A DNA stretch of 64,000 bases from Convolutriloba macropyga (Eukaryota), in the NCBI RefSeq assembly GCF_964194025.1, contig NC_134471.1, forward strand, positions 16,802,001 to 16,866,000, written 5' to 3'. Positions 62,771 through 64,000 of this stretch are shown here, piece by piece; positions within the stretch are counted from its first letter, which is position 1, and every line of letters begins with the position of its first letter. The notes beneath the pieces are model-generated. The model was not told the DNA's origin, did no database searches, and worked only from the letters and a program-made list of their open reading frames with translations. The position numbers and the translations under genes are program-made.

Positions 62771-64000
62771 TGGTACATATAGATGACCGTCTTTTCGTCA
62801 ATTGGGCTCAATTGTTTATAGTTTATTTTTCTAGAATATTTTTTATTCATGCTGCATCAGTATGTAATTCTCTGAAACTATGAAAATGTTTTTGCCAGCC
62901 TAATGTAACTTTCCAAGTGCAAAATTTACTCATTTTTCTCAATTATTTAAAAAATAATTTTGTCTTTGGTCTGAACGGACTTCTTTGTATTCAGTGTTTA
63001 TGACAACGTCCCTTCAGTAATTCTTGCGTTTAATTTCTATGTTATTGACGTGAAATCTTCTTGTTTTATAAAATAGTACTTTAATTAATCCGATTGTGGC
63101 GCTGTTTTGTACTGTTTTTTTCTAATTTTCTTGTATTTTGATTTATTATTAGAATAAGGATTTCTGTTCACTGTCAGGGTTGTTAAGTTTGTGTTATTGA
63201 TAATTTCAATTCTTTTAGTGTTAAATATTTAAAATTCATTGGGAATTTGTTTCCTAATCGCTATTTTAACAATATTTTGACATTTTGGCAATTTATTTCA
63301 AAATTTCGATTAATTGAATTCTGTTTTTTATTATTTTGCACAGTAGTAGGGCTATGAAATTTTACTGAGCCTGAAATGCTAAATTATGAAATGCACTTTA
63401 AAAATTTCAGCTTTAAAAATTATGACGATGCAGTTTCGTTTCATTTTTATACAATCTCCGTAACATCCACTTATTAATATTTGGCCTTTCAGTCTTTGCA
63501 ATTATATATGTTGAGTTTTTGCCTATAGTTTTAAGAGTTGTGTGAAGTCTGTATTTAGGAGTTGTTTGAAGTTTTTAAATTTTAACTTTTCTTCCCTGGA
63601 TTTTTTTTGTTTACAGTTGGTTTGATTTGTTTTAATATTATGCAGCTCTGAAAGTTTGTTGAAATTACTGTTATGCTTTCTTACTAAAATATACAATTGA
63701 AATGACTAATGTTCATTGTCGATTTTTTTGTTAGGTTTTCTCTAACGATTTTTTGACTTTCAGTAATATTTTTTGTCAGATTCCTGATAAATTTTGATTT
63801 TGCATTAGTTAAAATTATTTTAACAATGATATCGCGAACCAGAGAGAAGTATTTCTTGAAGTACTTTTTGGAATGCTGTTACGCCAAAACTAAACATTTA
63901 TTTTCCTGTAAGTATCTATCTGTACCTTATCTGCTTTGTGCTTTTGGGTCACATTTTGAGTTCTTAATTTTCGAGCCTGGTTATTTCGTGAATATTGACC

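Overview
AT-rich, repeat-dense animal (invertebrate-like) genomic DNA with GT-AG spliced genes and a 248-N assembly gap (42326-42573). Six housekeeping genes all lie on the + strand: the 3' part of RSPRY1 (7 exons), TRMT10A (2 exons), intronless CMSS1, an intronless divergent NOL11-like gene, COPS5/CSN5 (5 exons) and a homocysteine S-methyltransferase whose last exon(s) were not found in the window. Decayed retroelements all lie on the - strand: a Copia with 5' LTR and PBS, a near full-length CR1/L2-type LINE, a second LINE fragment, and a tandemly duplicated BEL/Pao gag-protease fragment. Much of the remaining DNA is explained by three unrelated-looking families of non-autonomous elements that share a Helentron/DINE-1 (HINE)-like terminal architecture, plus several MITEs. 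The two most notable hypotheses are (1) a co-oriented cluster with splice acceptors just upstream of the start codons, including a tight TRMT10A-CMSS1 pair followed by NOL11, suggestive of a trans-spliced polycistronic unit enriched in nucleolar RNA-processing genes; and (2) large rolling-circle-type elements that repeatedly contain kb-scale internal tandem duplications, one including a BEL fragment. All calls are by eye from sequence and remembered protein motifs; no searches were run.
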